Shown one piece after another: positions 46,450-64,000 of a DNA stretch of 64,000 bases (positions are counted from its first letter, which is position 1; each line of letters starts with the position of its first letter). The notes under the pieces were generated by a model. The model saw only the letters and a program-made list of their open reading frames with translations, did not search any database and was not told the origin of the DNA. A program made the position numbers and the translations under genes. The stretch lies in assembly GCF_009914755.1 (NCBI RefSeq), contig NC_060927.1, one strand, 5' to 3'. Source of the stretch: the human T2T-CHM13v2.0 reference genome, Homo sapiens.

Positions 46450-47019
46450 AAATAAAATTTGAAGGCCACCAGCAACCATCTGAATAGACTCCCTGCTTGG
46501 CCAGGGCACTCAAATTTAACCTGAAAGAGTGGTTCAGGCCATGATGGGAAGTGGGGGTTGGACATGCCTCATTATACCCTCCAGCATTAACATCAACAAA
46601 AACCTTAAGTCTGATAAGAAACATTTACGATCTATTTTCTCTGAAACCTGCTACCTGGAGGCTTCATCTGCATGGTAAAACCTTGGTCTCCATAACCCCT
46701 TATCTTAACCGAGATATCCCTTTCTACTGATAATAATTATTTCAACCAATTGCCAATCAGAATATGTTTAAATCTACCAATGACCTGGAAGTTTCCCACT
46801 TCGAGTTGTCTTGTCCTTCCAGATCAAACCAATGTAAATCTTACATGTATTGATTGATGTATTTTGTCTCCCTAAAATGTATAAAACCATGCTGTGCCCA
46901 GGCCACTTGGGCACATGTTGTCAGGACCTCCTGAGGCTGTGTCATGGGTGTGTCCTTAACCTTAGCAAAATAAATTTTCTAAGTTGACTGAGACCTGTCT
47001 CAGGTATTTCGGGTTGACA
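46450..47019 (+). mobile_element. MER4-family (B/D/E-type) ERV1 5' LTR
   Basis: CCAAT x2 (46746-46757), TATAAAA 46880-46886, AATAAA 46969-46974, ends in CA directly before a PBS; homologous to 60200-60537. Confidence 0.85.
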
Positions 47020-47022
47020 GTT

Positions 47023-47040
47023 TGGCAACCACGAAAGGAT
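47023..47040 (+). other. Retroviral primer-binding site, tRNA-Arg type
   Basis: TGGCAACCACGAAAGGAT 3 nt after the LTR; near-complement of the recalled tRNA-Arg(TCG) 3' end. Confidence 0.75.
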
Positions 47041-47605
47041 TCTGAGTGGAGGTGCCCCTGACCTTTGACAGATCTCCTATCGGTGCTTGGTACCAGCTTG
47101 AGCTATCTTTATGGCTCAAATCTACAGGACAATTTGCTAAGGCCTGGGAGCCCCCCTCCACAAAATTCCTGATCTTCCCAAATTTGGTTAACATCTAAAG
47201 TTTATTTTACTGTACAACTCCTTTTTCTGGAGTTTTACTTGTTTCCAACAAGGAAGGCAGGTTTTCCTGCTTCCCTGACGATGGAAGGCAGGTAACTCCT
47301 TTCTGGAGTTTGAGCTCGCTTCCAACAGAGAAGGAAAGTTTGAGTTTTCCCTACTTCTGGGATGGTAGAGAGCAGTCTTTAGCCTAAGACCTGTTCTTAG
47401 GTAAGTAGCCGAATTGGGGATTTTCTTGGCTGAAGTTAAGGTTAACAACCAGCTGGTCTTAATTTTCCTTACCATTAGAGTGCTCAGTAATCATATAAAT
47501 TGTACGATCAAGCCCAGCATGGTGGCTCACGCCTGTAATCCCAGCACTTTGGGAAGCCAAGGCGGGTGGATCACGAGGTCAGGACATCGCAGACCATCCT
47601 GGCTA

Positions 47606-47923
<318 letters not shown>

Positions 47924-48801
47924 TTATATCTGACTTGATCAAATCTGAAGGAAAGTTCCAAAGTTTGGGGAACAAGGCCTCTGAATTGGCTAAATTCCCA
48001 CAACAGAAAAAGAAAAAAGCCTGGGCAAGGTGGCTCACGCCTGTAATTCCAACACTTTGGGAGGCCGAGTTGGGTGGATCACCTGAGGTCAGAAGTTCGA
48101 GACCAGCCTGGCCAACATGGTGAAACCCCATCTCTACTAAAAATACAAAATTAGCTGGGCATGGTGGTGGGCATCTGTAATCCCAGCTACTCAGGAGGCT
48201 GAGGCAGGAGAATCACTCAGAACCCGGGAGGCAGAGGTTGCAGTGAGCCGAGATCGCACTCCAGCCTGGGCGACGCAGCGAGATTCCGTCTCAAAAAAAA
48301 AAAAAGAGAGAGAAAAACAGCCAGCAAAAAGAAAAAAATAAGGAGAGATTTTTTATTTTGATTACCTAAGGGGCTTTATTTACATAACAAGGCCACCTTT
48401 TTGCTAACCAAGCCAAACTGAAAGAGGAATGCTGTTGCCCCAAACTGCAGTTCCATAGCTAAGGTTCTGCCCACTTTTTTTCACCAGGACAGCCTGGGTT
48501 TGGTTCCTAAATCAAGCCCTTTTTGGTTTGATATTTGTGTTACTTTTGAAATATCAGTTATTTGTTCTAGCTAAAATATGGTAATGATATTTAAAAGGTT
48601 TTTTTTAAAGGCGCTTAATGGCTTAAAGTCAGCTTACTTAAAAGCTAACATCCAAGATGGTGGGGGTGTGTGTGTGTGTGTATTTAAAAGGCTTTCATGG
48701 TTTTTTCCTCTCCTAGTACTTTGGTTTCTTTCAGAAAAAAAATTATTTCTTCTCTATCAACTGAATTATTTTTTATTTTTATTATTTTTGTGTGTGTGTG
48801 A

Positions 48802-49241
<440 letters not shown>

Positions 49242-49284
49242 TGAGTAGCTGGGATTACAGGCGTGCACCACCATGCCTGGCTAA

Positions 49285-49920
<636 letters not shown>

Positions 49921-49971
49921 TAGTAGAGACAGGGTTTCACCATGTTAGCCAGGATGGTCTCGATCTCCTGA

Positions 49972-50416
<445 letters not shown>

Positions 50417-50574
50417 TAGTTTCTAACAGCCTGAGATTCATTAAGGAAAACAGAGAAGGTGTAAGACTCCCTTTTGGGGAGAAAGCTCTGTTTTTCCTTA
50501 GGGAACCCCAAGAGTGTATATGGACAAGTTCATCTCAGATCTTAAACTGCTTGCTTTTGTATTGTGTTACCTGA

Positions 50575-50695
50575 TTTCTTTTCCTTCCTTCCTTTCCTTC
50601 TTTCTTTCTTCATTTCTTTTTCTTTCTTTCTTCCTTTCTTTTTCTTTCTTTCTTTCTCTCTCTTTCTTTCTCTCTCTCTCTCTTTCTTTCTTTCA
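50575..50695. repeat. (TTTC)n/(TC)n polypyrimidine microsatellite
   Basis: About 120 nt nearly pure pyrimidine. Confidence 0.95.
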
Positions 50696-52298
50696 AATAG
50701 TTATTACAAGAGAGGTTACTCTTGGGTGTTTAAAGTAAGGGAAAGTGTGTAGTTTAGGCACTTAGAGAAACGTCTTGTTTAAAAAAAAGGTGCACTGTAA
50801 ATCATCATGTGGTCTAGCCTTATAGTAACACTCTTTTCGGAGACCCAGTATTCAGATTGGGCTCTTCCCAGAGCTCAGAGAGCCAGTTAAAAGATAAAGA
50901 CTAAATTTAGAACTACCTGTCAAAATAAAAGTGGTTTCCTTATACAATCTTATGATAGATTTCTATAATTTTATGTTTGATTTGGCATCTTTTTTTTTTT
51001 TTTTTTTGAGACAGAGTCTTGCTCTGTCACCCACAGCCTGGAGTACAGTGGCATGATCTAGGCTCACTGTAAACTCTGCTTCCCAGGCTCAAGTGATTCT
51101 CCTGCCTCAGCTGTGATTACAGGTGCGTACCACCACACCCAGCAAATTTTTGTATTTTTAGTAGAGATGGGGTTTTGCCATGTTGGTCTCAAACTCTTGA
51201 CCTCAAGTGATCCGCCTGCCTTGGCCTCCCACAGTGCTGGGATTACAGGCATGAGCCACCACGCCTGGCTGGCATCCATCTTTAATCTCTTTAGTACCAC
51301 TAGACTTTTCCTCTCTGTACCTTGAGATGTAAATTTAGCTATCCAATTTTTCACCTAAGAGTTTCCTTTATTTTTATTTTTATTTTTTTCAGACGGAGTC
51401 TTGCTCTGTCACCGGGCTGTAATGCAGTGGTGCGATCTCAGCTCACTGCAACCTCCGCCTCCTAGGTTCAAGCGATTCTCATGCCTCAGCCTCCTGAATA
51501 GCTGGGATTACAGGCACGTGCCACCACACCCAGCTAATTTTTGTATCTTTAGTAGAGATGGGGTTTCACCATGTTGGCCAGGATGTTCTCGATCTCCTGA
51601 CCTCATGATCCACCCGCCTCGGCCTCCCAAAGTGCTGGGATTATAGGCGTGAGCCACCGAGCTAGGCCAAGAGTTGCCTTTAATATGCAAATTTAAGACT
51701 GTCTATCTGACAACTAACTGCCTCAGGTAATAAAATGGGTTATCAAGAAATTGGAAGTCTGAAATAGAAGGGAAAAAAGGAGGACTTATGAATCTATAAG
51801 ATCTATTTCTGTCTACATGTCTAATACATCTAGGCATTTATGTGTCATGTAGATGATGTTTCACTGCTAAAAATATATAAAAGAGCTCTAATTAATTGGC
51901 TTAAAGGAAAAAAGGCACTTAAATCAAATACTTTATCTGAAAAAATACAGACTTTTTTCTTTTTTCTTTTTTGAGACAGAGTCTCATTCTGTCACCCTCA
52001 CTGGAGTGCAATAGTATGATCTCAGCTCACTGCAGCTTCCACCCCCGGGTTCAAGCAATTCTCGTGCCTCAGCCTCCCAAGTAGTTGGAATTACAGGCAT
52101 GTGCCACCATGCCTGGCTAATTTTTGTATTTTTAGAAGAGAAATGGGTTTCACCATTTGGCCAGGCTGGTCTCGAACTCCTGACCTCAGGTGATCTGCCC
52201 GCCTCAGCCTCCCAAAGTGCTAGGATTACAGGTGTGAGCCACCACACCCAGCCAGAATGACTTATTTTACAATGACCCATGATCCTATTTTGTGATAT

Positions 52299-53744
<1,446 letters not shown>

Positions 53745-54069
53745 AGTGTTTTAAGCTTTTTATATTTGACAAACTCCCCAAAAGCACATTCTAACTTCAG
53801 TTTGCATTTTTTTTTATTAGTCACCTGAAGTCCGGAAGAGATATATTAGACTTGTTTGAGATAAATAATAAAATCATACAGGAAGTACTGTCAAATATGA
53901 AATGGTGTTTAACCTTCTTTGGATTATATTTATATAAATGTGTTGTTAAGTGTTCCAGAATTGTGTGAAATTCCTGTGATTCTGATATGTCTTAGCATAT
54001 GTTATCAGAAGTAATTATGGGTCAGGCATGGTGGCTCATGCCTGTAATCCCAACACTATGGGAGGCCTA

Positions 54070-54397
<328 letters not shown>

Positions 54398-54944
54398 CTA
54401 TGACTGCTCTCAGACTTTATCATCCATAGTTATTTTACTTTTATCCTTTTCAAAAGATGTTTTTTATAATCAGCTATAGGACTCTGACAGGTGCTCTTGA
54501 ATGCAAGTTTCTGATAACTATGGAGACTGTGACAGTAGAACAGAGGAAAAACTTCCAAGACTCCCATGGAGAGCTGAAATGTTCATGAATATCAAACAGA
54601 ACAGGGATTAACTGCATGGACTGAACTAATAGAAGACTGAAATAATCCTTTTATGATTTTTGCTTAAAACACTGCTTATCTGGCCGGGCACGGTGGCTCA
54701 CACCTGTAATCCCTGCACTTTGGGTGGCCCAGGCGGGCGGATCACCTGAGGTCAGGAGTTTGAGACCAGCCTGGCCAACATGGCAAAACCCCATCTCTAC
54801 TAAAAATACAAAAATTAGCTGGGCGTGGTGGCACATGCCTGTAATCCCAGCTACTTGGGAGGCTAAGGCAGAAGAATCACTTGAATCCGGGAGGCAGATG
54901 TTGCAGTGAGCCAAGATCGCACCACTGCACTTCAGCCTGGGTGA

Positions 54945-55043
<99 letters not shown>

Positions 55044-55099
55044 TGAGGTCGGGAGTTCAAGACCAGCCTGACCAACACGGAGAAACCCCATCTCTGCTA

Positions 55100-55748
<649 letters not shown>

Positions 55749-57163
55749 TGAGCCGCCCGCCTCTGCCTCCCAAAGTGCTGGGATTACAGGCGTAAGCCAC
55801 AATGCCGGCCAATTTTTGTATTTTTATTAGAGCTGGGGTTTTGCCATGTTGCCCAGGCTGGTCTCGAACTCCTAGCTTCAAGTGATCCGCCTGCCTCAGC
55901 CTCCCAAAGTTCTGGGATTACAGGCATGAGCCACCCCACCTGGCCCTGTTTTGAGCTATTTGCAGCTTTTAACAATTGAGTAAAGTGTACTGCTATAAAC
56001 AAAATTTGGAACATATTTCTCTCTACCTGATTTTTTCCAAATTTGGAAACTATTTGTGAGTATTCTTAACTTACGCTATATATTTATTTGCGTAAGTGCA
56101 ATAAGAATCTGTTTTCTTTTGTAACAGGACACAGTTGGAGACACTGGTTACTTTATCAAGGCTTTGACTGGAATGGCATGCTTTCAGACAGAAACACACT
56201 CCTTTAAGGAATCAAAGTTGACTTATACAGCCAATAAAGCCCCTAAGGAAAACTGGCACCTTGTCTATACAGTACCTGTACAGGGTTCCTGACCTGTGGT
56301 AAGTAAAGAATGCCACTTTCTGACAGGCTTAGGAGCCCCAAGTTATCTTGGGACCTCAAGAGTAGACAAATTTACCCAAACTCACATAGGTATTAATATT
56401 TGACTGCACAAACTCAGGGCTGGGCTCGAGGCTTTAAAAAAGTCTTATCTGAGATTCCTTATAAAACAAAATTCCATAAAAGCCAATTACAAAAAGATCC
56501 TATGTGGTAAATAGTTATTCTTGCTGCACTTTATACAAATAATCAGGCCAAGCATAAGACTAAAGCTTATTTTTGCAGACAAATCAATCCTACCATGATT
56601 TGTCTTTTGTGAAAATGGGGACTAGAGAGACAGAAATTATGTTTCAAGATAAACTATAGTACACTTGTTATTAGATTCTAGTCTTGCCTAATGTTTTTCA
56701 ATTTTTATTATTTTCTACAGTTTGGACTGAATTCTAAATTTGTCCTGGCTACAAGTCTCCAAAATGCTTTCCTTTTTTTTTTTCCTTCTTTCTTTTCCTT
56801 TTTTCCCCTATTTTCTCTGATTTGAAATCACTGAAAATTAAGCTGTGCTTTCTTAAAGCCCTGTGAACTGAAGCTAGACAACTTAAACTTCAGAACAAAA
56901 TAGCAGCAACCTATTTACATACATAAGCCACTTTCATACCTGCCTACCAATGTATGGACTTCAGGGTAATATGGCCTATATCAGTTTTCCAGGATTGTTC
57001 TTTTTGTTGTTGTTGTTCGGTTGTTGTTGTTTTTCTCCCTTCCTCCCCCTATTTTCTCTTCGTAGGACATGAGCCTTCACAGCCTGCTAAAAATGATCTT
57101 TCTTAATAACGTGGGACCTACCCCTCTAGGAATAAACCATCCTACCAATGAGAGATCAGATGA

Positions 57164-57464
<301 letters not shown>

Positions 57465-57585
57465 TAGCCTCCCAAAGTCCTGGGATTACAGGCAGGAGCC
57501 ACCGCGCCCGGCCCAGAGTCTCATTTTCTTCTAAAATGCTTTCTCCGAAAGATTTTAAAAAGAAAAGGAGGCCGGGCGCAGTGGC

Positions 57586-58091
<506 letters not shown>

Positions 58092-58167
58092 TAGTAGAAA
58101 CGGAGTTTCACCATGTTGGCCAAGCTGATCTTGAACTCCTAACCTCAGGTGATCCACCCACCTCAGC

Positions 58168-58525
58168 AGGTGTCATGGCGCTGGCCAGGTAAAGGCCCAT
58201 TTGCATAATAAAAGATTAAGGTGGGATGGCCAGTCTCTTCTCAGGCTATGCAAATAGAACACCTGGTCAAACCAATTCCCGGGGTCCTATGTAAATCAAA
58301 CACTGCCTTGTCAAGCCTGTCTGTAAAATCAACCGCGTCTTGCCCCAAGCCCGGAAGCCCACTTGGGCACCCCCTTACTCTGAACAAGGAAGCTCTCTCT
58401 TCTTTCTTTTGCCTATTAAACTGTCCACTCTTAAATCCACTCTGTGTGCACGCTTGTGTGTGTGTCTCCACGTCTTTGTTCTCAACGAACCTCGGGTATT
58501 TCCCCAGACAATGACACCGCTTCAA
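58168..58525 (+). mobile_element. MER61-like LTR, 5'-truncated
   Basis: atttgcataata...gcctattaaac...aacgaacctcgggtatt...cagacaatgacaccgcttca. Confidence 0.7.
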
Positions 58526-59881
<1,356 letters not shown>

Positions 59882-60537
59882 TGCAAACCAAAAATAAAAT
59901 TTGGGCCGGGTGCAGTGGCTCATGCCTGTAATCCCAGCACTTTGGGAGGCCAAGGCGGGAGGATCACAAGGTCATGAGATCGAGACCATCCTGGCCAACA
60001 TGGTGAAACCCCATCTCTATTAAAAATACAAAAATTAGCTGGGCATGGTGGCTCATGCCTGTAATCCCAGCTATTTGGGATGCTGAGGCAGGAGAATCGC
60101 TTGAACCAATGAGCCGAGGTCACTCCACTGCACTCTAGCCTGGTGACAGACTGGCAAGACTCCGTCTCAAAAAAAAAAAAAAAAAAGAATAAATAAATAA
60201 AATTTGACAACCATCAGATGTTGAAAACTTGAAACCATCTGAATGGACTTCCTTCTTGGCCAGGGCACTCTAAAATTTAACCTGAAAGACTGGTTCAGGC
60301 CATGATGGGAAGTTGGGGTTGCACATGCCTCACTATATCCCTCCAGCGTTAACATCAACACAGACCTTAAGTCTGATAGGAAACATTTACAATCTATTTT
60401 CTCTGAAACCTGCTATCCAGAGGCTTCATCTGCATGGTAAAAGCTTGATCTCCACAACCGCTTATCTTAACCAAGATATTCCTTTCTACTGATAATAACT
60501 CTTTCAACACATCACCAATCAGAATATGTTTAAATCT
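59882..60537 (+). mobile_element. MER4-family 3' LTR (partner of the 46450 LTR), Alu at about 59904-60195, 3'-truncated
   Basis: tgcaaaccaaaaataaaattt start; about 60234-60537 aligns by eye to about 46474-46775. Confidence 0.85.
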
Positions 60538-60840
60538 GGCCAGGCGCGGTGGCTGACACCTGTAATCCCAGCACTTTGGGAGGCCAAGACAGGCGGATCA
60601 CATGAGGTCAGGAGTTCAATACTGGCCTGGCCAGCATGATGAAACCCTGTCTCTACTAAAAATACAAAAATTAGCTGGACGTGGTGGCACGCACCTGTAG
60701 TCCCAGCTATTCAGAAGGCCGAGGCACGAGAATCACCTGAATGCAGGAGGCGGGTATCACAGTGAGTCAAGATTGTGCCACTGCATTCCAACCTGGGCGA
60801 CAGAGCAAGACTGTGTCTCTGAAAAAAAAAAAAAAAAAAT
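60538..60840 (+). mobile_element. AluS
   Basis: Alu consensus, A-tail. Confidence 0.9.
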
Positions 60841-61259
60841 TGAATTTAGAGAAACTCTTCTGTAAATGGTTTTCAAACGTTAGATTTATTCAAAGTGAGA
60901 GTCACTAGAAGATTTTACTTACCCGTCTAATCTTTCCAGATCCTTCTGTCTTCCATCCCTATTCACCTGGGAGGAGGAGCTGAAGGTGCCCCACCCCCTT
61001 TTGCTCATTTCTTCGCCAAAAAATGCAAATTCTCTGACAACATGTAAACAGCCCAGGATCTGCTGCTAGTACAACCTGCATAAACCAAGTGCCTCTATTC
61101 CCTGACTGGGCAGGCCCCTACCCCAGTACTACCTCCATTCGATTGGACTCCAGTTCTGACTGAGGCCTCCATGTAGAGGCAGAGCTCAGTTTTGAAGGAG
61201 CCTCAATGTTGGGGGGACCTTCTTATTGAGGAAGCTGGAAGAGAGCTATTTTAGCTATC

Positions 61260-61620
<361 letters not shown>

Positions 61621-62149
61621 ATAGCTATCTTTTTCAAGTCCCCTTGTGGCAGGAAGGTGTCTATCCTGGTGCAGGCCCACAGGTGGACTCCCCTACAAGA
61701 GGCTGTCTTCACTCCCCAGCCTGCTGACCATGAGCCAAGGCCACCCAGGGTGGGGCAGAGAAAGAAGTGGGAAAGTCGGATATCCCATCCACCAACTTAG
61801 CCCAGCCAGCCCGAAACCAGAAAGCCCCATCAATGCTATCAGTTTCCCCTGCCTACGCCTGCTGGTGGCCTGGGTTTGAAACTCTGAGCAGGGCAGCTCA
61901 GGGCTTGTCCCAAGGTCAGGCAGGCCTGCGGATGAGCCCAGGCCCTGCCACCTTTGAACTGGTGATCTAGCAGGAGTCATACCACCTCTCCCCGCTGCAG
62001 TGTTCTCAGTTGTAAAATAATCGTAATAATATGCCTGCCATGATAGAGGAGGGGAGATTCCATGAGCTCTTCATTAGTGTCAGAGCTTGATGTTGAGCTG
62101 ACACTTAATATGAACTATGTGACTTCATACTTCCCCTGCTCCGATGATC

Positions 62150-62575
62150 TGGCCCACACCTCTCTGCCTCTGCTTCCACTGCTCTGCCCTGCTCTCCCTG
62201 CTCCAACCACATTGAGCTTCTTGCTGTTCCTTGAATAAGAATGTGCCAGCCACTCTCTCATCTCAGGACTCTTGCACCGGCTGTTGTCCCAGTGTCCCCA
62301 TGGCTCTATCTGTCACTTCCATCAGGACTTTGTTCAAACATCAGCTTCTCAGTATAGCCTTCTCTGACAACCCTACTTACAAATGTCTGCCCACTCCTTC
62401 CCTTTCCCTGCTTTATTTTCCTGTGGTGACTTAACACCATCTGATGCACTGGACCTGTTATCTTCTCCCCATGAGAATGTCCACTCCAGAGACAGATGTG
62501 ACTGTGCCCCTGCACCCAGCAGAGGGCCCAGATAGAGTGGGGTGCAATAAACATTTGGTGAATAAATAAATGACT
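62150..62575 (+). mobile_element. L2 3' end
   Basis: cttgctgttccttgaa...gcaataaacatttggtgaataaataaatga. Confidence 0.7.
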
Positions 62576-62971
62576 CATTCCAACATTGCTCATAGATTGC
62601 AATGGAATCTGTGATGCACAGGACTGGTTCTTGGCTGGAGAGAAGGCGAAGGGATTAAGGTAATGAAGGAAAGCTGCTCTATAGGAGATAAGCTTTGGAG
62701 CACAGTGAGGGGTGCAGATGGACAGGAGAGAAGAGAAAGGGTGGTTCGGGTGCAGGGCACAGACTAGGAAAAGGTCTGGTAACAGGACTGAACATGTGGT
62801 GTCTGGGGAGTGGGACAAAGCAGATGAGGACCAGGAGTAGGGCCAGACTGGAAGGGCACATGTAGGCAAGGTCCCTGGGGATCCGCCTCAAAGGGTCAGG
62901 AGGCACATGTCCCCTCCTAGGACTGAGATGAGCCAAAAGAGACCCCCCACAGATGGGGCTATTGCACTAGG

Positions 62972-63013
62972 CCCACCTGTTGTGGGAGTGACCCCACCTG
63001 TTGTGGGAGTGAC
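62972..63013. repeat. Perfect 21-bp tandem duplication
   Basis: cccacctgttgtgggagtgac x2. Confidence 0.95.
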
Positions 63014-63712
63014 CCCTGCAGAGTGCCCCTTTCCATGGAGTCCCATGGCAATTCTGGGCCTCAGTGGTACCCACTGTGGAACTAGTGTGCCCCTGTGGGT
63101 CAGCTTTCTCTAAAGGCAGGCCACACCCCAGAGTGAGGAGAGGTCTAATGGGATTATAGCCTTCAGCCTGGCCGAGCCCTGCTCCTCCATCCAATCGCAG
63201 GGGCTACTCTGGCAAAGCTCACACTGGTGGAGACAGGAAGTCCCCCTGCATAAGCATCCAGCTTGGACCTGTCCTCCCACATTGCAGGCAGTGGATGGCA
63301 TGACTGGCGCTGCCATGCGATTCCTGGAGACAGTGATTCAATGGACCCATGGGTCCCTGGGACCAGTTTCCAAGCAGTGTGAGAACACATAGCTGGCCAG
63401 TAGCCACACTCACCCCATCCACTCAAGTCAGATAGGGAAGCCTCTGTGTGCTGAGTTCTTCTACCCACACCCAATGAGCATGACCCATGCCCCTCCTCCA
63501 CTACTGCAGAATACCCCTTTGAGAGATGCCAGGCCTCTGTTTCACATCATCCAAGGAGAGGAGAAGGAGCTGGGGCAAAAGATCCCACAATATCGAAGGC
63601 CCCCACCTTGGCCTTGCACACATGGGCTGACAGCGAGGCGCAAACACTCCTATGAGGTCTGAACTCAACACTAAGAACCTTTCCAGTAGATCATGCAGAC
63701 AGAGCTTCAGAG

Positions 63713-63828
63713 CAGCGGTTCTCAGCCCCAGCTGCTGTTCAGAACCCCTGCAGGTGGAGCTCAGACACTCGCATTTTATAAAAGCTCCCCAGGTGAGTCC
63801 AGTGGGTACCCAAGGCTGAGAACTGCTG
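63713..63828. mobile_element. MER5-family DNA transposon (short)
   Basis: TIRs cagcggttctcag / ctgagaactgctg. Confidence 0.7.
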
Positions 63829-63836
63829 CTTCTAGA

Positions 63837-64000
63837 CCAGCATTGACCACAAGAGTTTTCTGGGAGGATGGAAATATTCTATCTATCTGGGTTATCCATA
63901 ATGGTAGCCACTGGTCACATGTGATTACTGAACACTTGAAATGTGGCTAGTGTGAGTGAGGAACTGAATTTTAAATTTTATTGAATTTTAATTAATTCCT
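63837..64000. mobile_element. MER3 DNA transposon (runs off window)
   Basis: gatggaaatattctat...ggtagccact...cacttgaaatgtggctagtg...gaactgaattttaaatttta. Confidence 0.8.

Noticed and set aside
58168-58525. p53 response element expected in some MER61 LTRs
   Set aside because: No RRRCWWGYYY pair in this truncated copy; only isolated half-sites elsewhere (46560-46569, 57883-57892)

Overview
Human (primate) genomic DNA, not prokaryotic. The minus strand carries the 5' part of POC1A (centriolar WD40 protein; from memory at 3p21). I read coding exons 1-9 directly from the sequence: 981 nt, 327 codons, all introns GT-AG with consistent phases. The remaining exons lie below position 1. A CpG-island promoter sits at about 45.05-45.9 kb. 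Upstream (about 46.4-60.5 kb) is a decayed, nested ERV1 pile-up: MER4-family LTRs and internal sequence with a tRNA-Arg-type PBS, MER52-like and MER61-like LTRs, and about 24 Alus. Introns hold Alu, L1, MaLR, MER5/MER20, MIR and L2 remnants. Nearly all ORFs in the supplied track are spurious or Alu-derived. I see no clear-cut new biological system. The best leads are (1) an RFX X-box/CCAAT/forkhead module deep in intron 9, (2) a consensus 5' splice site 5 nt inside exon 4, (3) a possible intronic poly(A) isoform lacking the coiled coil, (4) a stop-free exon 2-7 circle, and (5) Alu-bounded deletion scars at each MER4-type LTR. Repeat subfamily names come from recalled consensus sequences, and repeat boundaries are approximate.
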